This document shows positions 42,098 to 56,540 of a stretch of DNA of 64,000 bases, in pieces. Location: contig OX597839.1 of NCBI GenBank assembly GCA_951406725.2, positions 12,152,001 to 12,216,000 of the forward strand, given 5' to 3'. The translations under genes and the position numbers were made by a program. The notes beneath the pieces are model-generated. The model did not search any database. It saw nothing but the letters and a program-made list of their open reading frames with translations, and was not told the origin of the DNA. Origin of the DNA: Octopus vulgaris (taxonomy: Eukaryota). Each line of letters begins with the position of its first letter. The stretch's first letter is position 1.

Positions 42098-42295
42098 AAG
42101 GTGGCGAGCTGGCAGAATCGTCAGCACGCCGGGCAAAATGTTTAGCGGCATTTCGCCCGTCTTTACGTTCTGAGTTTAGACTTTGACTTTCATCCGATCG
42201 AGATCAATAAAATAAGTACCATTTGAGTACTGGGACCGATATAATCGAGTTACCCACCTCTCCTGAATTTGCTGGCCTTATGCTAATATTTGGAT
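42098..42295 (+). mobile_element. SINE family A
   Basis: ggcgagctggcagaatcgtcagcacgccgggc. Confidence 0.88.
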
Positions 42296-42456
42296 CTGAT
42301 ATTATACGTAGATTATCAATGCCTAAATTATCCAACACGTTGGAACATAAATTTACGACAGTAGGGGTGTCTGGAAGAAAGAATGGCTGCTTTATCTCGT
42401 TCACTTACTGGAACAACCAGTGTGAAAGATCTTTATAAATGAAACACAACATTAAT

Positions 42457-42835
42457 AGACGCAGGAGTGGCTGTGTGGTAAGTAGCTTGTTTACCAACCA
42501 CATGGTTCCGGGTTCAGTCCCACTGCGTGGCACCTTGGGCAAGTGTCTTCTACTATAGCCACGGGCCGACCAAAACCTTGTGAGTGGATTTGGTAGACGG
42601 AAACTGAAAAGAAGCCGGTCGTACATATGCATATATATGCGTGTGTGTCTGTGTTTGTCCCCCTAGCATTGCTTGTGTGTTTATGTCCCCGTAAATTAGC
42701 GGTTCGGTAAAAGAGACCGATAGAATAAGTACTGAGCTTACAAAAGAATAAGTCCCGGGGTCGAGTTTCTCGATTAAAGGCGGTGCTCCAGCATGGCCGC
42801 AGTCAAATAACTGAAACAAGTAAAAGAGTAAAGAG
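42457..42835 (+). mobile_element. tRNA-derived SINE family B, full length
   Basis: TGGCTGTGTGG A-like box, GGTTCAGTCCC B-like box, gaccaaaaccttgtgagtgg body. Confidence 0.92.
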
Positions 42836-43451
42836 AGAGTATTAGGAAATGCAAGACGTAGTTCACAAGACACAGAGATGCACGTAGAGAGACACACATG
42901 CGAATACACGTGCATACAATCATACTCACACACAAGGACATGCACACACATTCAAATACGTCAAGATACAAACTCACAGACACACACACATACACTCACA
43001 CACTTACACTCACTCACATACACACAACACACACGTACACATACACGAACACAGAAGACCTCATCTCAGAAGTGTCGTGGGTGACAGTGCAGTTCAAGAG
43101 TGAAACCGGAAGTCATGTCTTAAATAGCTGCCTTACTTCTCTCTGTATCAACTCGAGACATTATGTGCTTGTGTATGTGTGTGCGTGCGTATGTGTGAGT
43201 GTGTGTGTGTGTGTATGTATATGTGTGCGAGTATATATATATATATATTTGTGTATTTGTGAGTATGTATATATATAGATACGTACAAGCATATGCACAC
43301 ACGTATATACTTAACTACACACACACATATGCATATATATGTGTGTGTGAGTGTATGTGTATGTATGCGTTTATGTATGTACATGCACATGAGTTTAATT
43401 TAATTTGTCTATTTTTATTCACACAATCGCCCTATACATCTCCTATTCCAC

Positions 43452-43453
<2 letters not shown>

Positions 43454-43520
<67 letters not shown>

Positions 43521-43568
43521 GTTGTTGTTGTTGTTGTTATTATTATTATTGTTATTATTATTATCATT

Positions 43569-43611
<43 letters not shown>

Positions 43612-43622
43612 TTGCTGTTGTT
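43454..43622. repeat. (ATT)n/(GTT)n microsatellite
   Basis: Seen directly. Confidence 0.95.
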
Positions 43623-43824
43623 GTTCTTGTTCAACCACCGACCTTAATTTGACGATCAGGAAAAACCCCATTGAAGCTATAACGTCAACGGTGCGGTGAA
43701 TAAAGTTGAACCCGAGTATTTTCTCATTGCTAGCACTTGACAAGATTTTATTGGTCAAGTACTGTCAAGTGCTACACAGCTTTTGATACTTCAACAACTT
43801 TGTTCTCAATTAAGTACTGCCTGT

Positions 43825-43978
43825 AGGTACGGCTGCGTTGTTAGGAAAGCTCTGCTTTGTAATCACATACTCATAAGGTTAGGTTCGGGCCCGTTATACA
43901 GCGAGCGACTTAGGCAAATGTCTTCTCTTGTATTCTAGCCTGTAGAACTTGTTAGACTGATAACTGTACTGAAGTCTA
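43825..43978 (+). mobile_element. Old SINE family B 5' fragment
   Basis: ggctgcgttgttag..ggttcgggccc..ttaggcaaatgtcttct..agactgataactg. Confidence 0.55.
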
Positions 43979-44029
43979 TAGAACACAACAGTTTGTGTGT
44001 ATGTGTATGTGTGTATATCTATCTATCTA

Positions 44030-44099
<70 letters not shown>

Positions 44100-44184
44100 A
44101 GTACATGTGTGGTTATGTCTGAAGTGACAGGAAGTTACTTTTTCTTTCGTTTGTCCACTCACTCGTATACACCCCTCTCTCTCT

Positions 44185-44252
<68 letters not shown>

Positions 44253-44384
44253 AGAGAGATAGAGAGAGAGGCCATTTCTCTCACCTCTCAACTGCTATTT
44301 CCAATTTGCTTACCCCTAAAAGTGCGTGGAAAATTGCTAATAGTTCCTTAATTTTTGCTTTTGTTACATTTATTGAAACCCCAA

Positions 44385-44540
44385 AGAATCCCTTTCAACA
44401 CATGGCTATGATTCTCCAGCACTACTCCTGCTTATGACCAGAGATGCACATATTGTCATCCACTAAGGGACATGTTCAACTGGTTAAGGCCAAGCAACTG
44501 ATAAGCAAATATATGGTTTTGAATAGAATATTTGCTATAA
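44385..44540 (-). mobile_element. Interspersed repeat family D
   Basis: Reverse-complement match to 33895-34028. Confidence 0.7.
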
Positions 44541-45006
44541 CGATATTTCTGCTTCAGCAACTCAGCACTCAATCTGAAATATAATGGAAAATATGTCGCA
44601 AATGCAAAGTTTGAAGGGAATAGTTGTAATTTCCTTTGATTTCTAGTTAGAAGCAAATTGGAAATAGCACTTACTGATCAAAGACAAAGAAAAAAAATTA
44701 AAATTTTGTTTCACTGTATTATGAGTTATTGGTTTGCGCAAGTCGGCCGATTCGGATAGGACTAGGTTATGAAATATCACGCTGTATCAGAAAAAAAAAA
44801 ATGTTTCTAACCTTGTTATCAAATAGTTTATATTTTTCAGCACCCTCGATATCGATAGTCAGATTAAGTTTACATATTCCATGTCATAAACTTGATTTTA
44901 TAAAGCATCTAACAATAAGCATGGAAGTCTTTGCGAAACACATTATTTCATGTAATTTATTCGCTTTTTCGATAACCATTGGACCTGAAAATATATATAT
45001 ATATTT

Positions 45007-45305
45007 TGTTCCTTCTCGAGCCATGCCTGGCTCATAAGGGCCGCTTTCCCGGTTTCTTAGCGTATAGGTTCCCCACCTGGACGGGACGCCGGTCCATCGC
45101 AGGTGAGCTGCAAGATGCAGGAGGAAAGAGGGAGAGAAAGTTGTGGCGAAAGAGTCAGCAGAAGTTTCGCCATTACCTTCTGCCGGAGCCGCGTGGAGCT
45201 TAGCTGTTTCGCCTATAAACACACACATCGCCCGGTCTGAGATTCGAACCCGCGATCCCTCGACCGCGAGTCCGCTGCTCTAACCACTAGGCCATGTGCC
45301 TCCAC
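45007..45305 (-). mobile_element. tRNA(Arg-like)-derived SINE family C, full length
   Basis: A and B boxes, gactcgcggtc anticodon-like arm; colinear with the 16546 copy. Confidence 0.92.
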
Positions 45306-45494
45306 GACCTGAAAATGACATACTCTCGATCGCTTTGCACTGAACCATGAAAAAACAAACATAACATTGTATCCAACTCTAGAAGGTTTACTTTCAATGT
45401 TTACCACTCATCAATACCTTTGCTTTCTCTAAATCGACTACAAATTACATGAACTAGTTCTTTTGTTTCTTTAATATTATATAGTGTTAGAATC

Positions 45495-45922
45495 AAGGCG
45501 TTGAGCTGGCAGAATTGTTAGCAAGCCGGACAAAATGCTTAGCGATATTTCGTCCATCTTTCCGTTCTGAGTTCAAATTCTACCAAGGCCGACTTTGCCT
45601 TTCATTCTTTCAATGTTGATAAAATAAATACCAGTTGAGCACTTGGGTCGATGCAACTGACTTACCCCCTCGCCTGAAATTGCTGGCCTTGCGCCAAAAT
45701 TTGTAACGTATGTTATATACAGTTTGAATGAAAGCGGCGGGGTGGCAAGATCATTAGCACGCCGGACAAAATGCTTAGCAGCATTTCATCCGTCTTGACG
45801 TTCTGAGTTCAAATCCTGCAGAGGTTTCTTTCTTTTTAGAATCGATAAAATAAGTACCAGTTGATTCACAAGATCACTCCACCTACCCTAAAAAATTCCA
45901 GGCCTTCTACTTATGGCAGAAG
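45495..45922 (+). mobile_element. Two tandem SINE family A copies (45495-45707, 45732-45922)
   Basis: Both carry gccggacaaaatgcttagc..gttctgagttcaaat. Confidence 0.88.
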
Positions 45923-46341
45923 ACATACACTGATAAAAGAAGCTATGATATAATTTCGCGCAATAATGTTCCTAATTTCACCTCATTCAAACCCTGAGTT
46001 ATTACAATTTATGTGGTTAAAGCGAGAGCTGTGAGCTTTCTTTTCACACATTTTCCGAAGTTGTCGCTCTTAGCAACGGAACAGTGGATGACACTTTCTC
46101 TAATGAATAGCGATAAGTAGATAAAGCCACATACAATTGAGTGCTGGCTTCTGTTCTATTCAACATGAATGTAAACAATGACAGGGTGACGTCGGCGACC
46201 AACGAAAGCGCTTATGGAGAAGACTGGAGAACAGAAAGAAAAGTGCCGGACTGTCAGATACCAGATTTACATACGTACATACATATATTCTTGAGATAAA
46301 ACTGAACAATGACACACACATATATATATATAAACAAATAT

Positions 46342-46410
<69 letters not shown>

Positions 46411-46411
46411 C

Positions 46412-46499
<88 letters not shown>

Positions 46500-46734
46500 G
46501 AATATATGTATATATAAACAAATATATACATATATATATACATGTAGAGAAAGAGAGGGGGAGGGTAAGAGGTAGACAGACAGCGAAGGAGAGAGGGAAG
46601 CCTCAATAAACTGCTGCACTCAAAATTTGTATTGAATACTTTAATACTTCATTACTTAGCTGATGTTGGTGTATATCTATCTATCTACACAGACACACAT
46701 ATACGCATATATAAATATACATATATACACACAT

Positions 46735-46791
<57 letters not shown>

Positions 46792-46799
46792 TATACATA

Positions 46800-46846
<47 letters not shown>

Positions 46847-47252
46847 GTATATATGTACACACATACCTACCTACCTACATACATACATACATACACACAT
46901 ACACACACATACATACATACATACATACATACACACACACATACACACATACATGCATACACACATACATACATACACACATACATACATACATACATAC
47001 ATACATACATACATACATACATACATACATACATACATACATACATACATGCACAGTCACACATACCTCTATATGCCTGCGTGCACAAACACATCCACCT
47101 AGACATATATAAATAATCACTTGATAAGGTTGGGTTATTGTAGATAAGAGCAATTGCTAAGAGATAAGTCCATCTCGTAAGCAATTGCTGTTATCTAATA
47201 AAACTTACATTCTTATCAAATTATTCGCATTAGCAGACACACACATACCCCA

Positions 47253-47289
<37 letters not shown>

Positions 47290-47885
47290 TAGACACACAC
47301 ACACACACACACACGCAGGTGCTCACTGACACACATACACACGCACTCACAGACTTATACACTGATTTATAAACATCATAAAACACACACACACATACGC
47401 AGACACGCATACACTTGTGCACACTCTCTCTCTCTCACATACACACACGCTCATACATGCAAATGTATATACATACATTCACTCACAAATACGCACGTAC
47501 ACTCACTGAAATTCATAAAAACACACACATACACACACACACTCACTGACACGCATACACACGCAATCACACATATAAACACACTCAAACAAAATTACAC
47601 ACGCACTCAATCATTCTCATACATTTATTTATTCATACACCCACACACTCATGCCAACAAACTCACACACACTTACAAACACACACACAAATTCTTACAC
47701 ATACAGGTTCACACACTCACACATTCATATGTACACTCAGATACACACACATACAAACACTCACATTCATATCCACACTCACACACGCACTTACACGCAT
47801 ACATATGTAAACATTAAGAACATACAATACCCCTTATCTAAATCTTATCCAATGCCATCGTCCTTTATCTAATCTCACACAGCGT

Positions 47886-48497
47886 TGTTATCATATTGCT
47901 GCAGTACAAACATCCTCTTTTCATTCCTCGTGGGACAACATCTTTCAGTCTTCGAAGAGAATCTAGAGTTGCACCTCCTGAGAAACTATTTTTAAGTATT
48001 TCGGGTTTTATTGAGACTTGGTGAGAGAAAAAGGTTTTGTTAGTTTTGTATATCACAAACGGTACGTGTTTATACAAGTATATGGATACTTGTTGGTTTG
48101 TGTATGCTTGTTCGTCCGTCAGAACGACGAGGAGCAACTTCTTATCCTTAAGGATGACTGGCGACATGCGCAGTGACTTTGCACACCGATACCTCGTTCT
48201 CTTGCCCATGACGTTCCTCGGACCAGTGGCAAGACGACTAGGGAAGGAGACGGATGCAATGGTTAACCTAGATGCCTTGTCTCATCTCACGCTCTGCTCT
48301 CCACAATGCGCTGCTGCAGCTGTCTTACCCGTTGAAATATGAAGTTTTCTTTCGTGGATTTCACCAGACCCAGTCTACTGTGACTTTTCTCAGACCACAG
48401 TTACTTTCCTCAGACTAGAGCAACTTTCCACAGACCCTCACCACTTTCCACAGACGACCGCCACATTTCACAGACAACTACCTCTTAATCAATTACA
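47886..48497 (-). mobile_element. Solo LTR (Gypsy-like), 612 bp
   Basis: TGT...ACA termini with GCGT on both sides; minus-strand order is repeat array, TATAAA (near 48070), AATAAA (near 48010). Confidence 0.78.
48383..48475. repeat. 20-bp period array: 13-bp repeat with 7-bp variable spacers, 5 copies
   Basis: ACTTTCCWCAGAC-like units at 48383, 48403, 48423, 48443, 48463. Confidence 0.9.
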
Positions 48498-48570
48498 GCG
48501 TGGAAGGTGTTTGTAAGCCATTTAAGAAACACACAAAAGCCGTTCGATTCACTTCAACATTTAAGTTTAA

Positions 48571-48621
48571 TTTGTCAAAATATTTTCGTTGCTTTAAGAC
48601 CGCGACCTGTTCACTGACAAA
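48571..48621 (-). ncRNA. Minimal hammerhead-like ribozyme, G3-C8 core
   Basis: tttgtca GTGAACA g gtcgc-ggtcttaaa-gcaac GAAA atat TT tgacaaa. Confidence 0.7.
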
Positions 48622-49143
48622 AATCCGTGCTGCATCACTTGCTATGCAAGTACATCCCCGTAATACCTCTTAATCGCTGCCATTTTGCATAAGTTACCAA
48701 TCTAGAATACTATATATTTCTCTGAGCACTGTTTCTTTTCGGCTGTGTATATTACCCAGAATGCACCGTTAGTTTCCGTCATAACCAGTGTTTGATTAAT
48801 GACTGTATCAAATGTCAAATGTCAAATGTCAATCAATGTTTGATTTACAATCTAATCTGTCCGCCGGATCATTGTGATAAGTATGAGTGTCTGTGAGAGA
48901 GAGAGTATTTGTGTGTGCGTGTCTGTGGTATGAGTGTGCATATGTGTGTGAGAATGTGTATATTTAAATGTATATATATATATATATATGCATTTATATG
49001 CATATATATATATATATTTATATATATATATACACATACATACAAGTATATGCATACATACAAGTATATGCATATACACATATATATTGATGGATAGATA
49101 TGACTAAATATATACACATACAAACACGCACAGCACGCACACA

Positions 49144-49212
<69 letters not shown>

Positions 49213-49777
49213 TAATCCTAATAATTGATTATTTTCTTATGTTTTATCCATCTATATATTTCTTTGTCTATATTTTTAACTCTGTTTGTCTGTCTGTCTG
49301 CTTATATGTATGTGTGTGAGTGTGTGTGTATGTGTGTGTGTGTATGCATGTATGTATGCATGTATGTATGGGTGTTATGAATGTCTGGCAAGGGTTTGTC
49401 TCGTCTTTAGTTTGACTGCCACAAGATTGACTGGTCGGTCAAATTTGACCAGGTACCACATCATCATCACCACCGCTAAAACCACCACCAGCATCATCAC
49501 CACCACCACCACCACCACCACCACCACCACCACCATCATCACCAGCACCAGCATCACCATCATCATTACCACCACCACCACCACCACCACCTGCATCAGG
49601 CAGAAATGTTCCACTTCTTAACATGATGAATTACTAACAAATCAAAGATTTGGCCATGTTGTGAATTCATTAAAAATCAACTGAGCGAAAAACATTTCGT
49701 TTTCCTCTGTTGTCCAACCTTTTCTTCTTCGAGAATCTTCAATTAATGTTGCATTTGTTGTTGTCGTTTTGTTATAG

Positions 49778-49977
49778 AGTCGTTAACACGCCGAACCAGA
49801 ATGCTTAGCGGCATTTCGGCCATCTTTACGTCCAGAGTTCAAATTCCACCGAGATCGACTTTGCTTTTCATCCTTTCGTGATCGATAAAACGAAGCACCA
49901 GATAAGCACTGGAGTCGATGTAATCGACTTACTCCCCCTTTTCCCGAACGTGCTGGCCTTGTGCCAAAATTTGAAAC

Positions 49978-50020
<43 letters not shown>

Positions 50021-50233
50021 GTTATTGTTGTTGTTGTTGTTGAAGACGGACAAAATGCCACAAAATACTTAGCGTCTGTTTTTACGTTCCGAGTTCAAAT
50101 TCCACAGAGGTTGACTTTGCCTTTCCTCGTTTCGGGGTCGATGAGATTTATACCAGTCAAGTATTAGAATCGATGTAGTCGACTAGATTCGCTTCCCTAT
50201 AAAACTTCAGGCCTTGTGCCTATTGTAGATAGA
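49778..50233 (+). mobile_element. Two SINE family A copies separated by (ATT)n/(GTT)n
   Basis: gagttcaaattccac..gactttgc in both. Confidence 0.85.
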
Positions 50234-50439
50234 ATTATTATTATTTTGCAACTGTCGCTCTCAGACCACCCATTAATTATAATGTCGTATTGGAAGATAT
50301 TGCATCTGACTCACAAACAACGCAATCCGGAACACAATGCCAAAATATATAGGAAAACAACACACACAGCAAACCTACAAACACGTCGATACGTAACTAC
50401 TGACGTAGATGTCTATCGCTCAAAATACCTTCAGCCGAA

Positions 50440-50810
50440 TCAGTATCAGTCCTTCCTGTGCTCTCAGGCACATTGGACAGTAATTTGATGCCACTGGTTT
50501 CTGTTGGCTGTGGTTGTCTCTACATCCAGCCATGTTATATTGGCATCTCTCATGTTGGTTATACATGTTCTGCGCCATGTAGTTTCCGGTCTTTATATCT
50601 TTTTGTCTTTCTCCGGCGATATTCATTTGAAAGATCTTTAAGATGGTGTTCTGGTAAACAAAGTGTATGACCCGTTACTCTCAATCTTCCAATGGTGATG
50701 TCGCTAAGTGGTCTCCTCTTGTCTCTCTTTAGAATGTCCCCGTTTTGCGGGTTAGTTCTCAGAATCCTTCTCAAGCATCCTTGGTACAACACATAGCTTT
50801 CTGTCGTTTT
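50440..50810 (-). pseudogene. RTE-clade LINE 3' end
   Basis: CLRRIL..RLRVTGHTL..RPETTWRRT..ITW..ANRNQW with frameshifts. Confidence 0.8.
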
Positions 50811-51119
50811 TTTTTTTTTACGGCGGGATAGTTTACAAGAATTTAAACGATATGTAAGAAAGAACATCAATTCTATACAGTTTTTGAAAATAAGACTGTG
50901 AAAATCTGGAAACTTTGAATATGAATTTAGGAATTCTTTTTGTTCCAATGTAGTTGTACAATAAATAAATAACTATGAAGAAAATACGAACTATCTAAAC
51001 TTATAAAAAACATAAAACTTGAATACAGTCATGTATTTAAAGAAATATGTAATGAAGGAAAGCTGTTCCTCGTATATACGAATACATACACACACATATA
51101 TATGATAAATATATATATG

Positions 51120-51158
<39 letters not shown>

Positions 51159-51825
51159 AGAGAGAGAGAGAGAGAGAGGTGGAAGAAGAAATAGATAAAT
51201 AGATAGAAAGCTAAATCGATCGATCGATAGATAAATAGATAGATAGATAGACAGATATCGTTTGCCACTACATTTTAACTACATTTCTTGGTTGACTTCT
51301 AAAAATTTCAATGAAATCATTCCCCGTTAATTACTCCAACCCCGTAAACCTATTTTACTTAATAAATATCTATTAAGCTTCTTTTGAAATTAAGGGCAAG
51401 GCACGGATCAAACATCTTTCCTGAACCTCCATCAACCCCTTCCTACAAAACAGTACTTCCTTCACCCTCTCTCTCTCCCCCATCTCTCTCTCTTTATGAA
51501 GACTAGGCTTCATATTTGTGAGTGGATTGCTAATTAGCGGACTGCAAATGAGATTGCTCACGATGAAAATTGCTAAAACACATTTGTTTTCATTTTATAT
51601 TATTTCATTTTTTATTTTTTTATTTTTTCATTTTTATCGATCCCTTCCGATAGCGATCAGGCAAATTTATCCGCTCAATAAATATGATGTCTTTTCTCTC
51701 TAACAACCTTCCCACCCTTTCCAAACTGTTCATTTGTCCATTAAAATATCGCTTTAATAATTCAATATCCTCGTCCTTCATTTTTGAAAGCAAGTTAATT
51801 CCGAATAGTAGTGAAAAATAACGAA

Positions 51826-51888
<63 letters not shown>

Positions 51889-53858
51889 TTGTATCTACTC
51901 TTTTTGTCTCTTTTACTCCCCTTCTCTATTCCTGTATCTATCTCTTTCTCCCTCTCTTTTTCTCCACATATTTATATCTATATCTCACACTTTCTCTTTT
52001 GTTCTCCCTCTTTCACTCATTCTTTTTCTATAACTCACTCTATCTCTCTCTTCTCTTTCCATATATTTCCCTCTTCCTTTCTGTTTCCGTCCCTCCCTTT
52101 CATCTCCATCTCCATCCCCATCCCCGAGAAATTCTTTGCCATTATACAAAGCGATTCGAATCTCGTTTTACATAGCGAGCAGATCGTCTGCTTCTTAGTT
52201 TAGTCGTGGTGGTAATGGCTGTCGTAGGGGGCTCGTATGTACAGTTTTGTTATTTTATTCATTGAAATAATCAAAATTTAATCTATTTATATAAAGTACA
52301 GCAATCTTCAATTTGTACAAGATTTACTTTAAAAACACCGAAACACCAATTACGTGTTTCGATTGGTTTAAATTGATTATAGCAGACGATATAAATTTGA
52401 ACAAGGAGGTCATCGTTTTGCTGTCGAGTTTTTAGAATCTTTTCATTACGGTGTTAAATAAAAATCGATCAGTTGTACATTTTAACACACGATTCCATCA
52501 TTAATGTCAAATATTTATGTGAAAAATGGCGAGTTTTATAGAAAGAAATTCTGTTTAATTCTCCATCATTTCTTAATGTCTTTCGATATTTTCTGACGCA
52601 TTTATTTATTTATTTATTTACAGATTTATTTATTTATTTATTTATTCATTCATTCATTAATTTATAGCACTATTGGTTAACTTCGCCGTCGTTGGTTACA
52701 GGTTTCCAAAGCGGCCAATCGGTAGTTCACTGCATTTCTGATGGCGAAGGCGAAGGTGTGAAGGATGAAGTGACAAGGGAGTGTCTATAACTCGGTGCAG
52801 AACAAATATCTAGTTTTTCGGTTTTATATATGCGCATGCCCCTATATATATGTATACGAAATACCGCGTATGAGCGTATATGTATGGGTATGTGTGTGTA
52901 GGCGTGCATGTGTGTATATATGTGCGTATATATGTGTATATATATGTGAGTATATATATGTATGTTTATATGTGTATATATATGTGTGTGTATGTATGTA
53001 TGGGGATGCCCAGGGATGTATTTGTGTGTGGGGTTTTTGTATATGTATGAGGGTATGTGTGAATCTATTTACGCGGGTATGTGGGCTTGTATATGAGTAT
53101 CTGGGTCAACGGGTACTGAAGGTCGAATAATTAATTTTGCATGTGCAGCATAATACGCGGAACAAAATGAACAGCCAGTGTATCCAATACCGCTCGTGGT
53201 GGGCGCGCAGATGCACGTCGACAGCGAACGGATTGAAACAGCCAGCGTCTACTAAATTCAAACGAGGGAGATGGATGTGTTAAGCATCGAAGTCAAAGGT
53301 TTTATAACTAACGGAGACAGCAATTGTATATTCACCAGAAGAAATACGACTGGATCCCATTATACAGGTAAAGCGTTGCATAATTTAAATCCTGTATATA
53401 TGTGGATCTACGTTGTATGAAAACATGTGTAGTGATTATTGAATAACTATCTAACCATTTTCCTTCTTGTTGACTCTATTTTATTCAATTTTATTTTCAC
53501 GCACGAAGAATGCCTAAACCTAGACTTTGAAGTATACCGTAATACTATCGGCTATTTGATAATTCTAAGGGTGAACGAGCTCTATTTTGTACTCTACTAC
53601 GTTCCTAATGGAATACACCTTAAATAGTATAAGGGTCAGTAAGAACAAGTGTATTGAAATATTTATTATAGAATATTAACAGAACGTTGAGACTAGATAT
53701 TTTACTCATATTTAGATATGTCTAATATCCATCATTCGTGAAAATTTCAAGTGAATTGAATAAATATTTTGTAAGTTATGAGCAAATGAACAAATAATCT
53801 TCCAAACTGCAACGGCCAAAAGTTAAGGGTCACAAGAACACAAAAGAAACCCTTTCTA

Positions 53859-54243
53859 TTAGTATTTTGTGAACATCCCTTTACTATCAATGACCTCCTG
53901 ACATCTGTTACTACAAGACTGAATTATTTTTTTGCAAAATGATGGAGTAATATTGTTCCATTCCTTTTTCAATAATTCCCGGAGTTCATCCCGGTTCTTT
54001 GGATTCTTCCTTCGCGTCTCATCTCCAATAATCTTCTAAGCATTTTCTATAGGGTTGAGATCGGAACTTTGAGGTGGCCAGTCCATGAGGTCAACCACTT
54101 TGACACTCAAAAAATCTTTGACTCCCTTCGCAGTGTGACAGGGAGAGTTGCCCTGCTCAAAGGTAGGAGGTTGAACTGACGAGGATCGGAGATGTGGAAG
54201 GGCATGCTGTCTAAAAATCTCCTTGTAGATTACAGCATTTTGG
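53859..54243 (-). pseudogene. Tc1-type (DD34E) transposase C-terminus
   Basis: FEQGNSPCHTAK..DWPPQSSDLNPIEN A*..EWNNI..KGMFTKY*; 34 residues between the mutated D and the E; 3' flank may extend to about 53630. Confidence 0.9.
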
Positions 54244-54384
54244 TGTAATAGATTTCGTTCGGCAGGATCTATTTGTCCGAGCCAAGGTTTTAATAAAACA
54301 CGTTTAACCTCGATCAAATCTGGAACTATGTAGTTGCGAAGTACACTTCTTTATGCTCATTCATGCAGTCATACGAGCAACCGA

Positions 54385-54467
54385 TGCTTAATGTATCGAC
54401 TCCCGCTGGGCCGGAAGGATGAAGGAACAAAATCTAACTTGAGCAGAATTTGAACACCGAACGCCAA
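54385..54467 (-). mobile_element. Old SINE family A fragment
   Basis: tatcgac..gaaggatgaagg..gaatttgaac. Confidence 0.5.
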
Positions 54468-54829
54468 GCATATAATTAAACACCTTTGGACAATTATTTA
54501 TGAAATAAAGACCGACTTTATTTTTATTATTCTCTTCTCTTTTCTTGTCATTGTGATTACAATAAACGTTGTCATTAAGTTATCAAGACAGTAACTTCCT
54601 CAGTGGGAAATAATCTTGATTCTATTAAAATATTGCCAACATCAGAGACAATATAATAAAATGTTTCTTTCTCCTCCCCTCTGCCTCTCTCTCTGTCTCT
54701 CTCTCGTCTGCTTTTGTCTTTCTTATTTGTCTTCCTGTCTCTTGCTGTTTATGGCTTCAACTCCTTGTCTTTCGTTCTCTTTCTTTTCCCTACTACATTT
54801 TCCTTCTGACTTTCCCATTTTATTAAATC

Positions 54830-55260
54830 CTCCTTCTTCTTCTTCTTCTCTTTCTGCCACAATCAATACCATTGCTACTACTGCTGCTACTACTACTACT
54901 ACTGCTACCTACTTTTACTTTCTCTTCTTCCTCTCCTTATTCCTCTTCTTTTCTTTTTCTTCATCAGCATCATCATCACCATCATACTCTCTTTTCCTTC
55001 TGTTTCCTTTTCCTCATCTCCCTCCTTATTTTCTATTCCTCTTCTTCCAGCTCCCTTTAGTTTCACCCCCTCCATTTCTTCTCTATTCCACCTCACTCAC
55101 TTTCCCGCCCCTTATCCAACCCATTTCCTCCCCACCTTCTCCTTCCCCCTTCCCCCACCCTATAATCCTCCTTTCACGTCTTCTTCTTCTTCTTCTTCTT
55201 CTTCTTCTTCTTCTGCCACAACCAATACCTTTGCTGCTTCTACTGTTGCTGCTGCTGCTG

Positions 55261-55343
<83 letters not shown>

Positions 55344-55460
55344 ACCTACCTTTCCTTTATCTTCTTCTTCCTCCCCACCTTCTCCTTCCCTCTTCACCCA
55401 CCCCTATAATCCTCCCTCCACGTCTTCTTCTTCTTCTTCTTCCTCCTCCTCCCCCTTCCT
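54830..55460. repeat. Pyrimidine-rich low-complexity tract with (CTT)n, (CTA)n, (CTG)n
   Basis: Seen directly; about 60 bp duplicated at 55127 and 55369. Confidence 0.9.
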
Positions 55461-55958
55461 TTATTCTCCCTTCATCCTTCTTGCTTCTCCATTTTTGAAA
55501 CAAAAGGAAACAATAAAGAAAAAAAGTTTTTTTTTTTAAAGAAAAAAAAAAACAGAACTGAAAAATAAAACAAAAAAACAAAACAGGGAACAGCAATAGA
55601 CAAAGAAAAAGGAGAAATACACGATGCAAAATTTGAAATCATCGCTTAAACGATGTCGCTTTAAAAATTTACTCAGATGATGATAGGAAAATTGGGTTTT
55701 AATGAAGTTAGTTGTAGGAGTTGCCAGCAGGAATTGCAGGGATAATAACAAAGGAGCAAACGGGCGGCGAGGAAGGGGCGAAGAAGAGAACTAGGAAGGA
55801 GAGAGATGGAGGGGAGAAGCGGGGGAGGGGTGAGACGAGAAAAAAGGAGAGAAATAGAAAAAATGGTGAAATAGTTCTCTCACCACTACAGCTTATTTCA
55901 TTAAAATATAGAGAACAACCACAAACACACACATATGTAATATACATATGCACACACT

Positions 55959-55991
<33 letters not shown>

Positions 55992-56010
55992 GCACACACA
56001 TATATGTGTG

Positions 56011-56242
56011 TGAAGCTATGGGTCAGTGGTTAGAGCATCGGGCTCTCAATCGTGAGATAGTGAGTTCGATTCCCAGATCGGGCTGTGTTCTTGAGCAAGA
56101 CGCTTTATTTTACATTGCTCCAGATATGAGTTGCGACGTCATTGGTGCCAAGCTGTATCGACCTTTGACTTTGCTTTGTATAGGAGATTGAGGGTCTTCC
56201 ACAAACAACCTTGCCCGGACTTCTACTTCCGAGGGGAACTTT
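56011..56242 (+). mobile_element. tRNA-derived SINE family C variant
   Basis: gggtcagtggttagag..gagttcgattccc..ttcttgagcaagacgc. Confidence 0.8.
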
Positions 56243-56263
56243 GAAAAGTTTTTGTAAAAGAAT

Positions 56264-56540
56264 CAAGATTTCACAACGACCTCGAACCCACAAGAGTAAA
56301 CAAGAGAGACAGGCAGAAACAAGGAAAATGCCTCTTGCATTTGAATACAATGCAAATATTCTTTTAAAAAACTTTTCATTTAATTTTTTCAAAATTTAAT
56401 TGTTTTCCATACTTAGAGTTAAAAAAGTCTCAATGACTGAAACCGGTACTAAAAAGTTTTGTTATGATAAAATTATTTTAGCATTTTCTACCTTGACTTT
56501 TTTTCCTTATACATATCAACAAATGTGTTCCTTTTCAACC

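Noticed and set aside
47865-48209. 114-aa ORF as a PLE or host protein
   Set aside because: No motifs; it lies almost entirely inside the solo LTR.
48383-48475. CRISPR interpretation of the repeat-spacer array
   Set aside because: Repeats (13 bp) and spacers (7 bp) are far too short, there are no cas genes, and the context is a eukaryotic LTR.
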